Source of the DNA: a virus
Lineage: Duplodnaviria > Caudoviricetes
Direction: 5' to 3' (one strand)
Virus record (IMG/VR): IMGVR_UViG_3300028792_000027
Coordinates: 1-56,533 of that record
Length of the DNA stretch: 56,533 bases
The notes under the pieces were generated by a model. The model worked only from the letters and a program-made list of their open reading frames with translations. It did no database searches and was not told the origin of the DNA. Positions 27,568-36,854 of the stretch are shown piece after piece. Within the stretch, counting starts at the first letter, position 1. Each line of letters opens with the position of its first letter. A program made the translations under genes and the position numbers.

Positions 27568-28361
27568 CTGCTGGCACCTTTCACGGCCCACACCCGCCGG
27601 TACATTTGCACCAGCCACCCGTCCAACGCGGCCGGGTCAGACCGCTCAGGCAGCGGCGACCGCATCTCAGCGGCCCGTAGCCGAACCTCATACCGGTCAC
27701 CAGTAGCCAGCACATCAGGCAACGGCACGTCACCCATGCGCACCGACCGGTAAAACGACCGTTCCGGCTCCGGGATGGGCAGCGACACTGAACCGGTCTC
27801 CAACAATTCGCAGCCCTGGAACCCCAACCTCAGCATGTGATACGCGAACTTCGTGTCGAACCCGAACCGGGCCACAAGCTCCGGCCGGTTCGTGTGCTTC
27901 CTCGGCCGCTCCCCCGTCAACTGGGCGCGCTGCCCCGCCATGTAGCCAAGGAACCGGGCAGCGACCTGCCTGGACAGGAACAGGTCCCGCCGGTCCAGCA
28001 ACTCCAGCCCCCAACCGGACGTGACCACGGCATCGGCGGGCGGCGCGAACAGCAGCATCAGAACAGTGGGGTTACCGGCCGCCGCGAGCCGAGCCCATTT
28101 CCTCAACGAGTACACAGTCAAATCCAGGTCGCCGCCGCCGGACCGTGCACCTTCCGGCTGTGTCCGGTACGTCCACTGCTCGAACCGGCGCAGGCCGATC
28201 ACATACTCCGCCGGTTCAACGCACACACCCATCTCGTCCCGGTCGTCACCGCCGGTCGTCACACCGTACGCGCCTGAACCGACTTCGCACCGCCACATTT
28301 CGGTGCCGAACTTGGCGGGCAGCGGCCGGAAGATTTCGTTATCCAGGATTGTCACGGTCAT
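27564..28361 (-). CDS. Pol-beta superfamily nucleotidyltransferase (YcgL/RlaP-like)
   Basis: VGSGAYG..DDRDEMGV, GNPTVLMLLF, RPELVARFGFDTKFAYHMLRL; start may extend to 28478. Confidence 0.85.
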   Translation of the reverse strand: MTVTILDNEIFRPLPAKFGTEMWRCEVGSGAYGVTTGGDDRDEMGVCVEPAEYVIGLRRFEQWTYRTQPEGARSGGGDLDLTVYSLRKWARLAAAGNPTVLMLLFAPPADAVVTSGWGLELLDRRDLFLSRQVAARFLGYMAGQRAQLTGERPRKHTNRPELVARFGFDTKFAYHMLRLGFQGCELLETGSVSLPIPEPERSFYRSVRMGDVPLPDVLATGDRYEVRLRAAEMRSPLPERSDPAALDGWLVQMYRRVWAVKGASR

Positions 28362-28474
28362 TCGTCCACCTCGATAATCTCCCCCTCGATCACGTTGTCT
28401 ATCACCGGCCGGCGGTATCGCGTCGTAATCCAGCCCGGCGGCATTAGCGGTAGCCCGCTCGTCCGCTTCCGACG

Positions 28475-28798
28475 TCACGACTGCTCATGCGGGTCGCGGA
28501 GGAGCGTCCCGTCACATCGCAGCCACTCATCCAACTCGTGCACCTCAATGTCGACCAGGACGTGCCGCAGCACGCGCGGGAGCGTGTCGGGTGCTAGTTC
28601 TTCCGGGGCCAGGGCGCGCTGCGACTGGATGCGCACGACGGCGCCGGGGTTGCGGCTGTCCGGTTCGGTTCGTTCAACCGTCAACCGGTAAAACCAGCCG
28701 TCGGTGGCGGGGTCGAGTTTGAACCGCCAGCCCGGCTTGTAGGTGTAGATGGCCAGTGCGCGGCGCGCGGCGGCTAGGGTGCGCGCGTCGGTCAGCAT
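28475..28798 (-). CDS. Hypothetical protein
   Basis: YTYKPGWRF..IEVHELDEWLR..DPH resembles a conserved actinophage family. Confidence 0.65.
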   Translation of the reverse strand: MLTDARTLAAARRALAIYTYKPGWRFKLDPATDGWFYRLTVERTEPDSRNPGAVVRIQSQRALAPEELAPDTLPRVLRHVLVDIEVHELDEWLRCDGTLLRDPHEQS

Positions 28799-29001
28799 GG
28801 CACTATCGCGCCGTTCCAATCGGGGGGCGGTTCCGCAGGCCCTCCCGTTAGTGCTTCGATGCATGCCTCCGCTGAGCATTTCACCGTCAACGTCGTTTCC
28901 GGTAGGTACACCTGGCACCGTTCCGGGTACGGACTCTGCCGCACAGCGGCCACCAGGTCAGGGTTCAGCCAAAGCCCGTCCGTGACCTCCACCAGCGCCA
29001 T
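28792..29001 (-). CDS. Hypothetical protein
   Basis: TGATG coupling; LWLNPDLVAAV. Confidence 0.55.
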   Translation of the reverse strand: MALVEVTDGLWLNPDLVAAVRQSPYPERCQVYLPETTLTVKCSAEACIEALTGGPAEPPPDWNGAIVPC

Positions 29002-29204
29002 CAGAACATCGGCTGATCGAGGAGGGTGACTTCCCGGAACTGGCCGAGCGCGTCCGGTGCCCGTGCGGACCCCCACTGGTGCATGTCCGCGCAGCCGCAC
29101 GGCCGCAGGCACGTGCAGTAGTCGCCGGGGTTACCGCACATCCCGCAATGCGCGGTGCGTTCGAACCATTCCAGTTGAGCCTTGTCGGCTATGTCCACGG
29201 CCAC
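29001..29204 (-). CDS. Cys-rich hypothetical protein
   Basis: TACAAT-N7-GTG leaderless start; CxxC motifs. Confidence 0.6.
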   Translation of the reverse strand: MAVDIADKAQLEWFERTAHCGMCGNPGDYCTCLRPCGCADMHQWGSARAPDALGQFREVTLLDQPMF

Positions 29205-29234
29205 ACCCCGGATTGTACCCGCCTGGCACGATAT

Positions 29235-29612
29235 TCAGGTCGGCTCGGTCCACGACAACAACGGGTGCGCCGGGTCGGTGACCCGACGTTCCGCCAACTC
29301 CACCAGCGGACGCAGCGCCGGAGGGACGGCACCCGACAGCAGTTCGATCGTCTCGTGGACAGTCCGGTCCGACACGCCACCGCCGGGCAGGACAGTCCGG
29401 CCGGTGAACACGATTATCGTCGGTACCGCGTGCGGTGACGCGGCGTCCCGCTCGAACACCACCGCGCACGCCCTCGGCTGGAAAACCCGGCCGTCCGCCT
29501 CCCGCAGTGGGCACGAGTCGACCCGGAACTTCACCGTCGTCGTCACCGTGTGACTGTCCTCCACCACAGCCAGCGGCACACCGTTCCCCTTCGCCACAGC
29601 ACCGAAACCCAC
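29235..29612 (-). CDS. Hypothetical protein
   Basis: GTG 29612 placed by the CCGGACG promoter; 125 aa. Confidence 0.6.
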   Translation of the reverse strand: MGFGAVAKGNGVPLAVVEDSHTVTTTVKFRVDSCPLREADGRVFQPRACAVVFERDAASPHAVPTIIVFTGRTVLPGGGVSDRTVHETIELLSGAVPPALRPLVELAERRVTDPAHPLLSWTEPT

Positions 29613-29618
29613 CAGCCC

Positions 29619-29639
29619 AGTGTCCCCCGCAACGTCCGG
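29619..29639 (-). promoter_or_regulatory. CCGGACG-box promoter (leaderless)
   Basis: CCGGACG-N8-GACACT-N6-GTG(29612). Confidence 0.75.
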
Positions 29640-29648
29640 CGCCCCACC

Positions 29649-29669
29649 CCGGACGGCCCTGTTTAACCT
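29649..29669 (+). promoter_or_regulatory. CCGGACG-box promoter (leadered) for the major capsid gene
   Basis: CCGGACG-N8-TAACCT; AGGAG RBS before ATG 29763. Confidence 0.75.
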
Positions 29670-29708
29670 CCGAGCAAGACAAGCATCGACAACCGAATAA
29701 GAAGCGTC

Positions 29709-29725
29709 GCTGGCGGCCGGGCCGG
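29709..29725 (+). repeat. 17-nt leader motif, copy 1
   Basis: GCTGGCGGCCGGGCCGG identical to 33045-33061. Confidence 0.8.
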
Positions 29726-29762
29726 ACAAGTCCACCCACGGACCCGTCCCCAGGAGACCCGA

Positions 29763-31598
29763 ATGCCCACCACCCGGAAGGTTGAACTGCCAGCCGACTC
29801 CGCCGTCTACGAGCCGCCAGCGGACGCCACAGTCGACGAACTCGCCGCCATGGCCGCGCAGGCCAGGCAGGACGCCCAAGCGCTCCTGAAAGACGACACC
29901 GCGAGCGCGGAGGACGTCGCGACCGCTGAAAGGTTCATCGCAGCTATCGACGCGATCACCGCCCGCCGTGGCGAGCTGGTCGCGGAGCAGGAAGCGCAGG
30001 CGCAGCGGGTGCAGGAAGCCCGCGCCCGCCTGACGGAGCCGGACCCGGAGCAGCAGGACGACGACGAGGACCCGGAGAAGGTTCCCGTCCCGGTGCCGGC
30101 GGCGCCCGCTGAGGGTGGGGAGCCGTCTGGGGTGAACCCGACCGGTGAGCCCGTGTTGGTCGCCGACGGCGGCCTGAAGCCGACGAAAGACCCGGCGATC
30201 CTCCCACCCGTCCGGCGCGGCAACCCCGTCCGCGACGTGGCCCGCACCACCCTCCCGCCGGACGTCGAAACAACCGGCAGGGAAACCGCGTACCTCGTAG
30301 CCGCCGCCGAAGTGAAAGGCTTCCACGCCGGGGCGCGGCTCGACTGGGCGCAGTACGGCGTCGCCGCGCAAGCACGATTCGGGTCCCTCCCCTACCCCGG
30401 ACGGGGCGGTGTCGGCGACTACGTGAAACACGCGATCTGTGACGTGAAAATCCCCACCGCCGACCAGGCGCTCGTCGCGTCCGCGATGCCGAACAGCGAC
30501 ATTCACGAAGTGGACCAGCAGGTCGAGTGGGCCGTGTCCCGGCACCGGTTGGCGGAAGCCACCGGAACCGACGGGTCACTCGTCGCTGCGGGCGGCTGGT
30601 GCGCACCCAGCGAAACCCTGTACGACCTGCTCGATATCACGACCGACGACGGCCTGCTCGACGTGCCGGGGATCACCGTCAACCGTGGCGGCGTCCGCTA
30701 CTCGTTGGGCCCGGACTTCACAGCCGTCTACGTCACCGGCAACGCCAACTTCACCAGGACCGAGACGCAAGCCATCGCTGGCACACCCACCAAACCGATG
30801 GTCAACATCCCCTGCCCCGCGTTCACCGACAACCGCATGCTCGTCGACGGCCTCTACCTGACCGGCGACATCCTCTCCTCCAAGGGATACCCGGAGGCGT
30901 ACACCGACTACACCCAGAAAGCCCTGAAGGCGTTCGCGCATTACGTCAACGCCCAATCCATCATCGACATCGTTGCCCTGTCCGGGTCACTCATCGACCT
31001 ATCCACCTCTACCGGCACGCTGCCGGTCACGAACCGGACCGGGTCAGCGACCGTCGAACTTTTGGGCGCGGTCGAGCTGCAAGTCACCGACATGCGATAC
31101 AAAAACCGGCTCAGCATGACCCAAGCCGTCGAAGTGATCATGCCGTTCTGGCTGCGCGGCAACATCCGCTCCGACCTCGCGAAACGGCAAGGCATGGACA
31201 ACGGATTCATGATCTCCGACGCCGACATCCGGTCGTGGTTCGCGCTGCGCGGCGCGTCCATCCAGTTCGTTTACGACTGGCAGGACGCTTTCACCGGTGT
31301 CGGGTCCGGGTTCGGCGCGGCTACCGCGATCGCGGGCTGGCCGACGACCGCGAACTTCCTGATTTACCCGCAAGGCACGTTCGTCCGCGCGTTGGAGCCC
31401 GTCATCGAACTGTCCGCGGTGTACGACTCGACGCTGCTGCAAACGAACCAGTTCGTGCAACTGTTCCAGGAGCAGGGCCGGCTCACGTTGAAACGGCATT
31501 GGGATGCCAGGTATGTGAAGGTCGCTGTCGCGCCGCTGGGCGGCACGTCCACCGGTTCGCCTGTGGGTGCTGCTGGCCTGACCGGGTCCGTCCTCTAG
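29763..31598 (+). CDS. Major capsid (hexamer) protein with N-terminal scaffold-like region
   Basis: LVAAGGWCAPSETLYD, RGGVRY, CPAFTD, QFVYDWQ, VYDSTLLQTN; cluster B-type. Confidence 0.88.
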   Translation: MPTTRKVELPADSAVYEPPADATVDELAAMAAQARQDAQALLKDDTASAEDVATAERFIAAIDAITARRGELVAEQEAQAQRVQEARARLTEPDPEQQDDDEDPEKVPVPVPAAPAEGGEPSGVNPTGEPVLVADGGLKPTKDPAILPPVRRGNPVRDVARTTLPPDVETTGRETAYLVAAAEVKGFHAGARLDWAQYGVAAQARFGSLPYPGRGGVGDYVKHAICDVKIPTADQALVASAMPNSDIHEVDQQVEWAVSRHRLAEATGTDGSLVAAGGWCAPSETLYDLLDITTDDGLLDVPGITVNRGGVRYSLGPDFTAVYVTGNANFTRTETQAIAGTPTKPMVNIPCPAFTDNRMLVDGLYLTGDILSSKGYPEAYTDYTQKALKAFAHYVNAQSIIDIVALSGSLIDLSTSTGTLPVTNRTGSATVELLGAVELQVTDMRYKNRLSMTQAVEVIMPFWLRGNIRSDLAKRQGMDNGFMISDADIRSWFALRGASIQFVYDWQDAFTGVGSGFGAATAIAGWPTTANFLIYPQGTFVRALEPVIELSAVYDSTLLQTNQFVQLFQEQGRLTLKRHWDARYVKVAVAPLGGTSTGSPVGAAGLTGSVL

Positions 31599-31604
31599 GA
31601 AGCT

Positions 31605-31646
31605 CCGGGGTTGGGTGGGGTTCCACGGCTCCCACCCAACCACCGG
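31605..31646 (+). terminator. Stem-loop after the capsid gene
   Basis: GGTTGGGTGGG/CCCACCCAACC stem extended by CCGG pairs; no U-tract. Confidence 0.6.
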
Positions 31647-31673
31647 CCTATCCCTTAGAGGGGGTGTGCCTGA

Positions 31674-32576
31674 ATGCCCGTGCTCCCGTATTTCTATGTC
31701 GAAGCGCCGCAGGTTGAACGTTATCGTCACGGCCTTCTCGACGTCGCGCCCGTCGTCGAGCAGCCGTCGGACCACTGGCAGTATTCGGGGGTCGAATTCG
31801 AGTCGTTCGCCTGCTACCTCTCCGCCACGTACCCCGGTGGCCTGAACGACTGCAACGGCGCGGGCGGCACCAAAGTCCTCCCCGCATGTTTGGGTGTCAC
31901 CCAAGCCACCTCGTTCGCCGTATACGGCGGCGTGTCATCCGGGTCGCTCGGCCACAACGCCGACGACAACGCCTGGTGGACCGACCGCGCCCGCCGCATA
32001 GTGGAGAACGGGGCGCAGCACGCCGTCGAATCCGCCCTCTGGACCGGCACCGCCGGGGCGACACCCGCGTTCAACGCCGCGACGACCGCGAAAGTCATCG
32101 GCGGGCAGGCGAACACGACCGTCGCAGCCGTCGACCTCGCGACCGGGGTCGCGGCGTGCGAAAACTATCTCGCGAACAACTACGCCGGACGGGGAATGAT
32201 CCACATGCCCCGTGGGGCGGGGATTCACATGTCCCGCCTCCAACTTTTGAAGGCCGAACCGGACCGGCCGGAGCAGTACTGCACACCGTTGGGGACGAGG
32301 CTCGTGTTCGGCGGCGGCTACGACGGTTCGGGCCCCGCAGCGGTCACCCCACCAGCCGGGACCGCGACCACAAGCTACTTCTGGGTGTACGTCACCGGGG
32401 CTGTGATGCTCATGGCCGGGCAGATTGAGCAGCCAGGCGGTTTCGCCTCCGCCCTCGACAGGGCCGGGAACCAGGTGAAGATGTACGCCGAGCAGCCCTG
32501 GCTCGCCGCAGTCGACTGCCTACAGGCCGGGGTATTGGTCGGGACGGGCGCCACCATCGACGGCGGAGCCCCGTAG
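31674..32576 (+). CDS. Capsid pentamer protein
   Basis: HGLLDVA..DHWQYSGV, HAVESALW, TPLGTRLVFGGGY; follows the hexamer gene. Confidence 0.75.
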   Translation: MPVLPYFYVEAPQVERYRHGLLDVAPVVEQPSDHWQYSGVEFESFACYLSATYPGGLNDCNGAGGTKVLPACLGVTQATSFAVYGGVSSGSLGHNADDNAWWTDRARRIVENGAQHAVESALWTGTAGATPAFNAATTAKVIGGQANTTVAAVDLATGVAACENYLANNYAGRGMIHMPRGAGIHMSRLQLLKAEPDRPEQYCTPLGTRLVFGGGYDGSGPAAVTPPAGTATTSYFWVYVTGAVMLMAGQIEQPGGFASALDRAGNQVKMYAEQPWLAAVDCLQAGVLVGTGATIDGGAP

Positions 32577-32578
32577 CC

Positions 32579-32599
32579 CCGGACGCGCCGCCTTACCGT
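32579..32599 (+). promoter_or_regulatory. CCGGACG-box promoter (leadered)
   Basis: CCGGACG-N8-TACCGT; GGAGG RBS before ATG 32626. Confidence 0.75.
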
Positions 32600-32625
32600 C
32601 AACAACAAACCACGGAGGAAACGCA

Positions 32626-33018
32626 ATGTCTGACAACAAGAGTGATGAGAGCGCGGAGTCGGGTTCCGCTCCGCACACCGACGTCGTCGTCGGGTTCGGT
32701 CTCGCGTCGGGGGAGGAAACGGAAGTGTTCCCCGAGGACGGGAAGATCGGCGAAACAGCGCAGGCGTTGAACGAAGCCGCCGAGAAGCTGGGGCTCCTGC
32801 CTCAGGTGAAGTGGACGGGCGGGTCGTTCACCGTCCCGAAGGAAGTGGCGGACAAAGCCAATTTGGGTGGCAGCGAGTCGGTGGACCGCCCCGCGCAGAC
32901 ACCCCAGCCGGCGACCATCACCGGCACCGACACGCCAGCCGGTGACGAGACGCTGACCGACGCGCAGAAGGAAGCCACGAAAACCACCAGGCCGTCGGCG
33001 AAGAAGACCGACAAGTAA
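32626..33018 (+). CDS. Hypothetical head-region protein
   Basis: Strong RBS; AQALNEAAEKLGL..GSFTVPKEVA. Confidence 0.7.
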   Translation: MSDNKSDESAESGSAPHTDVVVGFGLASGEETEVFPEDGKIGETAQALNEAAEKLGLLPQVKWTGGSFTVPKEVADKANLGGSESVDRPAQTPQPATITGTDTPAGDETLTDAQKEATKTTRPSAKKTDK

Positions 33019-33044
33019 CACCCACTTTCCACTTGCACCCCACT

Positions 33045-33061
33045 GCTGGCGGCCGGGCCGG
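33045..33061 (+). repeat. 17-nt leader motif, copy 2
   Basis: GCTGGCGGCCGGGCCGG. Confidence 0.8.
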
Positions 33062-33086
33062 GTGACCCCCTTAGGAGGGCTCACCG

Positions 33087-33815
33087 ATGGCCGGACCATA
33101 TTCGCTCACCACGAAACTTGTCAGGGGGAAAGTCGCCCGGTTCACCCTGCTCGATGCGTGCGGGCTGCCCGTCGCCACGAAGGGCACGTTCACGACGAAC
33201 GGTTTCGTTCAGGTGCAGGCGACGAAGAATTACGACAACGGCGACGAGGTCAAGGTTCGGCGCGCGGACGGCCTGATCGACACGTTCGCGACGGGCCGCC
33301 GGACGTTCATGAACTACTCGTTGCAGATCGATTTGACGCGGATCAACCCTGGTGTGGTGACGATGCTCACCGGCGACCCCGGTGTGCTGGATTGGCAGAC
33401 GACGCTGGTGGGGTGGGAGGAACGCGAATTCCAGCCCATCAGCGCAAACTTCGCGTTGGAGATCTGGACGGCGACGGCAGGCGTGCAATGCACCGCCGGG
33501 TCACTCATCTCCGGCTACGTCCTTTACCCCGGTTTGTATCAGGCGACGATGGACCTCGACAACATCACCGACAAGGAAATCAACCTGTCGATCAAGGCTG
33601 ACACGTTCGCTAACCCGTCGTGGGGTAAGGGGCCGTATGGGGGGACGGGGAGCATCAGCGGCCCGGTCGCTTCGGATGCGACACCGACCGCTTCGCGCCT
33701 GTTGCAGCCCGTCGCGACGGACGCTCACCGGCACGTGGAAATGACCCCAATCCCGGCACCTAGCCCAAGTCCGACAGATGGGCCACAATCGTACACATTA
33801 CCCTCCCCTTACTGA
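33087..33815 (+). CDS. Major tail (tube) protein
   Basis: RGKVARFTLLDACG, NFALEIW, WGKGPY; cluster B-type. Confidence 0.85.
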   Translation: MAGPYSLTTKLVRGKVARFTLLDACGLPVATKGTFTTNGFVQVQATKNYDNGDEVKVRRADGLIDTFATGRRTFMNYSLQIDLTRINPGVVTMLTGDPGVLDWQTTLVGWEEREFQPISANFALEIWTATAGVQCTAGSLISGYVLYPGLYQATMDLDNITDKEINLSIKADTFANPSWGKGPYGGTGSISGPVASDATPTASRLLQPVATDAHRHVEMTPIPAPSPSPTDGPQSYTLPSPY

Positions 33816-33846
33816 CGGGTAATCATCGAGCTACGGGGACAGGGAC

Positions 33847-33880
33847 AGGGCCGGGCGTCCAGTGGCGGGCGTCCGGTCCT
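33847..33880 (+). terminator. 14-bp stem-loop after the tail tube gene
   Basis: AGGGCCGGGCGTCC-AGTGGC-GGGCGTCCGGTCCT with G.U pairs on the + strand. Confidence 0.65.
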
Positions 33881-33899
33881 CTAACGAAAGGCAGGCCGC

Positions 33900-34769
33900 G
33901 TGACGCTCACCAGCGGCCCCCTCGCGTGGCCCTACATCCCCGCATGCACCGCCGTGAGCCTCGGGATAACCACCGACCAGTACACCCAGGCGTCCGTCAA
34001 CGCCGCCGAGTGGATGTGGTCGCACTCCGCACGCCGCTACGGCACCCGCACCACCGTGTACCGGCCGCAGTCCCGCGAGCGGGGGTATGCCGCGCCGTGG
34101 GCGGGGCTGCAACCCGTCGGCGGGTGGACCGGCATCCAACCCGACACCGTCGAGCACGACCAGGTGCTTGAACTGCCGCCACCCGCCGCGTCAATCACGA
34201 CCGTCACGGTCAACGGCACCGCCGTCGACCCCACCTTGTGGCGGCAGGAGGGGAACTGGCTGGTCAGGCAGGACGGCGGTTTCTGGCCCCGGACGCAGAA
34301 CATGCTCGCAGCGCTCGGGTCAGCGGACACGTGGGCCGTCACCTACGAACGCGGGTTGGCCGTGTCGCCGTGGGGTCAGTACGCGACAGGCCTGTTGATC
34401 TGCTACTTCGCGCGGCAACTGTCGGCGGGCAGGCCGTGCGTCATGCCCTACAACACCACCTCCGTCACCCGTGCCGGGGTCACCATTCAGCGGGACAAGG
34501 CGACCGCCGACAAAACCAGTCCCGTCCCGGAGGTGGACCAGTGGCTCGCGCAAGTCAACCCCCACGGACTCGCGCAAGCACCCGCCGTCTGGTCACCCGA
34601 CACCGACCGGAACAGGTGGCCGTTCTCCGGGTCCTACACCGCCACCCAAGCCCCCCAAGGCATGAGCATCGGCGACGTCACACAACTCGCCGACTTCCTC
34701 GTCCTCACCCCCGGCCAGACCGTCCCCGAAGGCACCCCCGTCGGCACCGTCATCCTCCGCACACAGTAA
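33900..34769 (+). CDS. Head-to-tail adaptor
   Basis: LVRQDGGFWP..Q, TSVTRAGVT, PEVDQWLAQVNP, VWSPD. Confidence 0.75.
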   Translation: MTLTSGPLAWPYIPACTAVSLGITTDQYTQASVNAAEWMWSHSARRYGTRTTVYRPQSRERGYAAPWAGLQPVGGWTGIQPDTVEHDQVLELPPPAASITTVTVNGTAVDPTLWRQEGNWLVRQDGGFWPRTQNMLAALGSADTWAVTYERGLAVSPWGQYATGLLICYFARQLSAGRPCVMPYNTTSVTRAGVTIQRDKATADKTSPVPEVDQWLAQVNPHGLAQAPAVWSPDTDRNRWPFSGSYTATQAPQGMSIGDVTQLADFLVLTPGQTVPEGTPVGTVILRTQ

Positions 34770-34779
34770 GGAACCCCTC

Positions 34780-35028
34780 ATGCCTGAACGTGGAACGTCG
34801 CGGTGCGACGAATGCCTACAGGACGACGACCACCCGAAACTGCACTACGGGACGCGGACCATGCACCACGACTGCGCACCCCAATCCGTCCGCAGGGACG
34901 TGCTCGACGGCGCGCATTCGGTGCACCCCGACCTGACCCGCGCCGTATTCGCCGCCGCCGACGAGGGCATCCACGGCCACGACCTGGTCGCGCACATTCA
35001 CCGTCTGCATGAGGCGCACGATGGCTAA
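34780..35028 (+). CDS. Small Zn-binding hypothetical protein
   Basis: CDECLQDDDHPKL..HHDC. Confidence 0.65.
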   Translation: MPERGTSRCDECLQDDDHPKLHYGTRTMHHDCAPQSVRRDVLDGAHSVHPDLTRAVFAAADEGIHGHDLVAHIHRLHEAHDG

Positions 35029-35446
35029 AGCAACCACCTTCGCCAACGACATCCTCGACGCCGCCTACCAGAACGGCGCGTCGGGCACGTTCGTCCTCGG
35101 ATCCACCACCTACACCCTGCCCCTGAAATGCCGGTTCCAATCCACCCTGTCCACCGCCGGGGCGCAAGGCACCGAATTCCCCGCCACCGGCGGATACACA
35201 GCGGGCGGAGTCTCCCTGGCGGGGCTGTTCACCGCAGCCGCGTCCGCAGCGTCGAAATCCAACACCGGAGCCGTCACCGTCTCCAACGCGCCAGCCGGGA
35301 CGTGGGCCGGAATCGAAATCACCGACTCCACGGGCACCCCGAAACGGATGAACTTCGGACCCGGCACCACCCTCGGTAAAACCGTCAACTCCGGGGACAC
35401 CGTCACCCTCCCGTCATCGACCGGGATCACCGGCACCGAAACGTAA
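35021..35446 (+). CDS. Virion structural protein
   Basis: ANDILD..GGYT..KTVNSGDTVT pattern of collar/fibre-associated proteins. Confidence 0.6.
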   Translation: MAKATTFANDILDAAYQNGASGTFVLGSTTYTLPLKCRFQSTLSTAGAQGTEFPATGGYTAGGVSLAGLFTAAASAASKSNTGAVTVSNAPAGTWAGIEITDSTGTPKRMNFGPGTTLGKTVNSGDTVTLPSSTGITGTET

Positions 35447-36330
35447 TGGCCAACAACACCACCCTGCCCGGCACGGGTGACGTGATCGCCGACGAGGACA
35501 TCGGCGGCGTCAAATACCAGCTCGTGAAACTGGTCGACGGCACAGCCGCAGGCACCGGCAGGGTCGCGGGGTCCGCAGGCAACGGCCTCGCCGTGGACGT
35601 CACCCGCATAGCGGCGGGCACGAACGAGGTGGGTGGGGTCACCGCCCGGGGCCTGCTCATCACCCCCGTCGCCACGAACATCACCGCCGCGACACCCGCG
35701 AACACCGCCGCGTACGACGTGTCAAAAGCCGGCAACGTCAGTTTCTTCGTCAAAAACACGGCAGCCGGTACGGCGTACGTCGGCAACCCTGTGGTCGTGT
35801 TCGAGCAGTCCGACGACTCCACGTCATGGGGGCTGCTGCAAGTGCAACGCTCCTCCGACGGGGTCATCGGGTCCACGTTCACGATCCCAGCGGTCGGCGC
35901 GAACGGTGAAGCGATCTTCGAGGCCGCCGTCGAATCCGTCCTCTGGGTCCGGGCGCGGGTGACGACGGCGCAAACAACGAACGGCATGACCGTCGTCATC
36001 GCCGGTGGCGGTATGCCGTTCAGCCCGATCGTGTCGACGATGCCGCAACCCACCGGCACGGCCGGGGCGCAAACCTCGGTCGCGGCGACGGTCACGACGA
36101 ATACGACGCTGATAGCGGCCGACCCGACCCGGAAGGGGCTGCTCGTTTACAACGAGTCCACGTCGTCGCTGTTTGTGCTGCTGGGGGCGGGCACCGAATC
36201 GGCCACCGTCTACAGTTTGCAACTCACACCGAACCAACTGTATGAGGTGCCGCTGAACTTCTGCACGCTGCGGGTGTCGGGGCATTGGGTGACCGCGAAC
36301 GGCTCCGCACGCATCACGGCAGTCACCTAG
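35446..36330 (+). CDS. Virion structural protein
   Basis: DIGGVKYQLVKL N-terminus; DPTRKGLLVYNES C-terminal domain. Confidence 0.6.
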   Translation: MANNTTLPGTGDVIADEDIGGVKYQLVKLVDGTAAGTGRVAGSAGNGLAVDVTRIAAGTNEVGGVTARGLLITPVATNITAATPANTAAYDVSKAGNVSFFVKNTAAGTAYVGNPVVVFEQSDDSTSWGLLQVQRSSDGVIGSTFTIPAVGANGEAIFEAAVESVLWVRARVTTAQTTNGMTVVIAGGGMPFSPIVSTMPQPTGTAGAQTSVAATVTTNTTLIAADPTRKGLLVYNESTSSLFVLLGAGTESATVYSLQLTPNQLYEVPLNFCTLRVSGHWVTANGSARITAVT

Positions 36331-36332
36331 CC

Positions 36333-36854
36333 ATGCCTCTCGCGCCCGTCGCGGGAATGGACTTCCTCGGTTCCCTGAAACTGTCCGGTAACGCGGTCAC
36401 GACGGGGGTGCTGACCATCCCCGCCAGGGACGTCCTGTTCCTGCTCGTCAACATCGCCGGCTACTCCTCCGGCGGCGACATCGCCTCCTTGAGGTTCAAC
36501 GGCGACACGGGCGCCAACTACTGGGACCGGCACCTCACAAGCGCAGCCGGGGGTGTGGTGTGGACGAACACCCAAACCCTGTCCACCACCCTCATACGGC
36601 TCGCCGGGAACGTCGTCAACGTCCACCGCACCGTCGCCGTGTCCATCACCAACATCGCGTCCCTGTCGAAACCGCTGGTGATGCAAACCCAGACAGCGTC
36701 CACGTCGGCGGCTACGGGCGGCCTGACCGACCTCGGGTCGGGGGAGTGGGTGAACACGTCAGCGCAGATCACGTCGATCGAGATGCGGACCGCTGGGGGT
36801 TCGATAACGATGCCGTCGGGGACGGGTTTCGGGGTGTGGGGTAAGAACCTGTGA
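36333..36854 (+). CDS. Virion structural/receptor-binding domain protein
   Basis: LRFNGDTGANY..ITSIE..GTGFGVWG. Confidence 0.6.
   Translation: MPLAPVAGMDFLGSLKLSGNAVTTGVLTIPARDVLFLLVNIAGYSSGGDIASLRFNGDTGANYWDRHLTSAAGGVVWTNTQTLSTTLIRLAGNVVNVHRTVAVSITNIASLSKPLVMQTQTASTSAATGGLTDLGSGEWVNTSAQITSIEMRTAGGSITMPSGTGFGVWGKNL

Noticed and set aside
28358-28444. 28-aa minus-strand ORF MPPGWITTRYRRPVIDNVIEGEIIEVDE coupled to the nucleotidyltransferase
   Set aside because: No clear RBS and the alternative in-frame extension from 28478 is equally possible; cannot decide from sequence
33870-33876. Minus-strand CCGGACG as a further promoter
   Set aside because: No nAnnnT hexamer 8 nt downstream; it is an arm of the stem-loop after the tail gene
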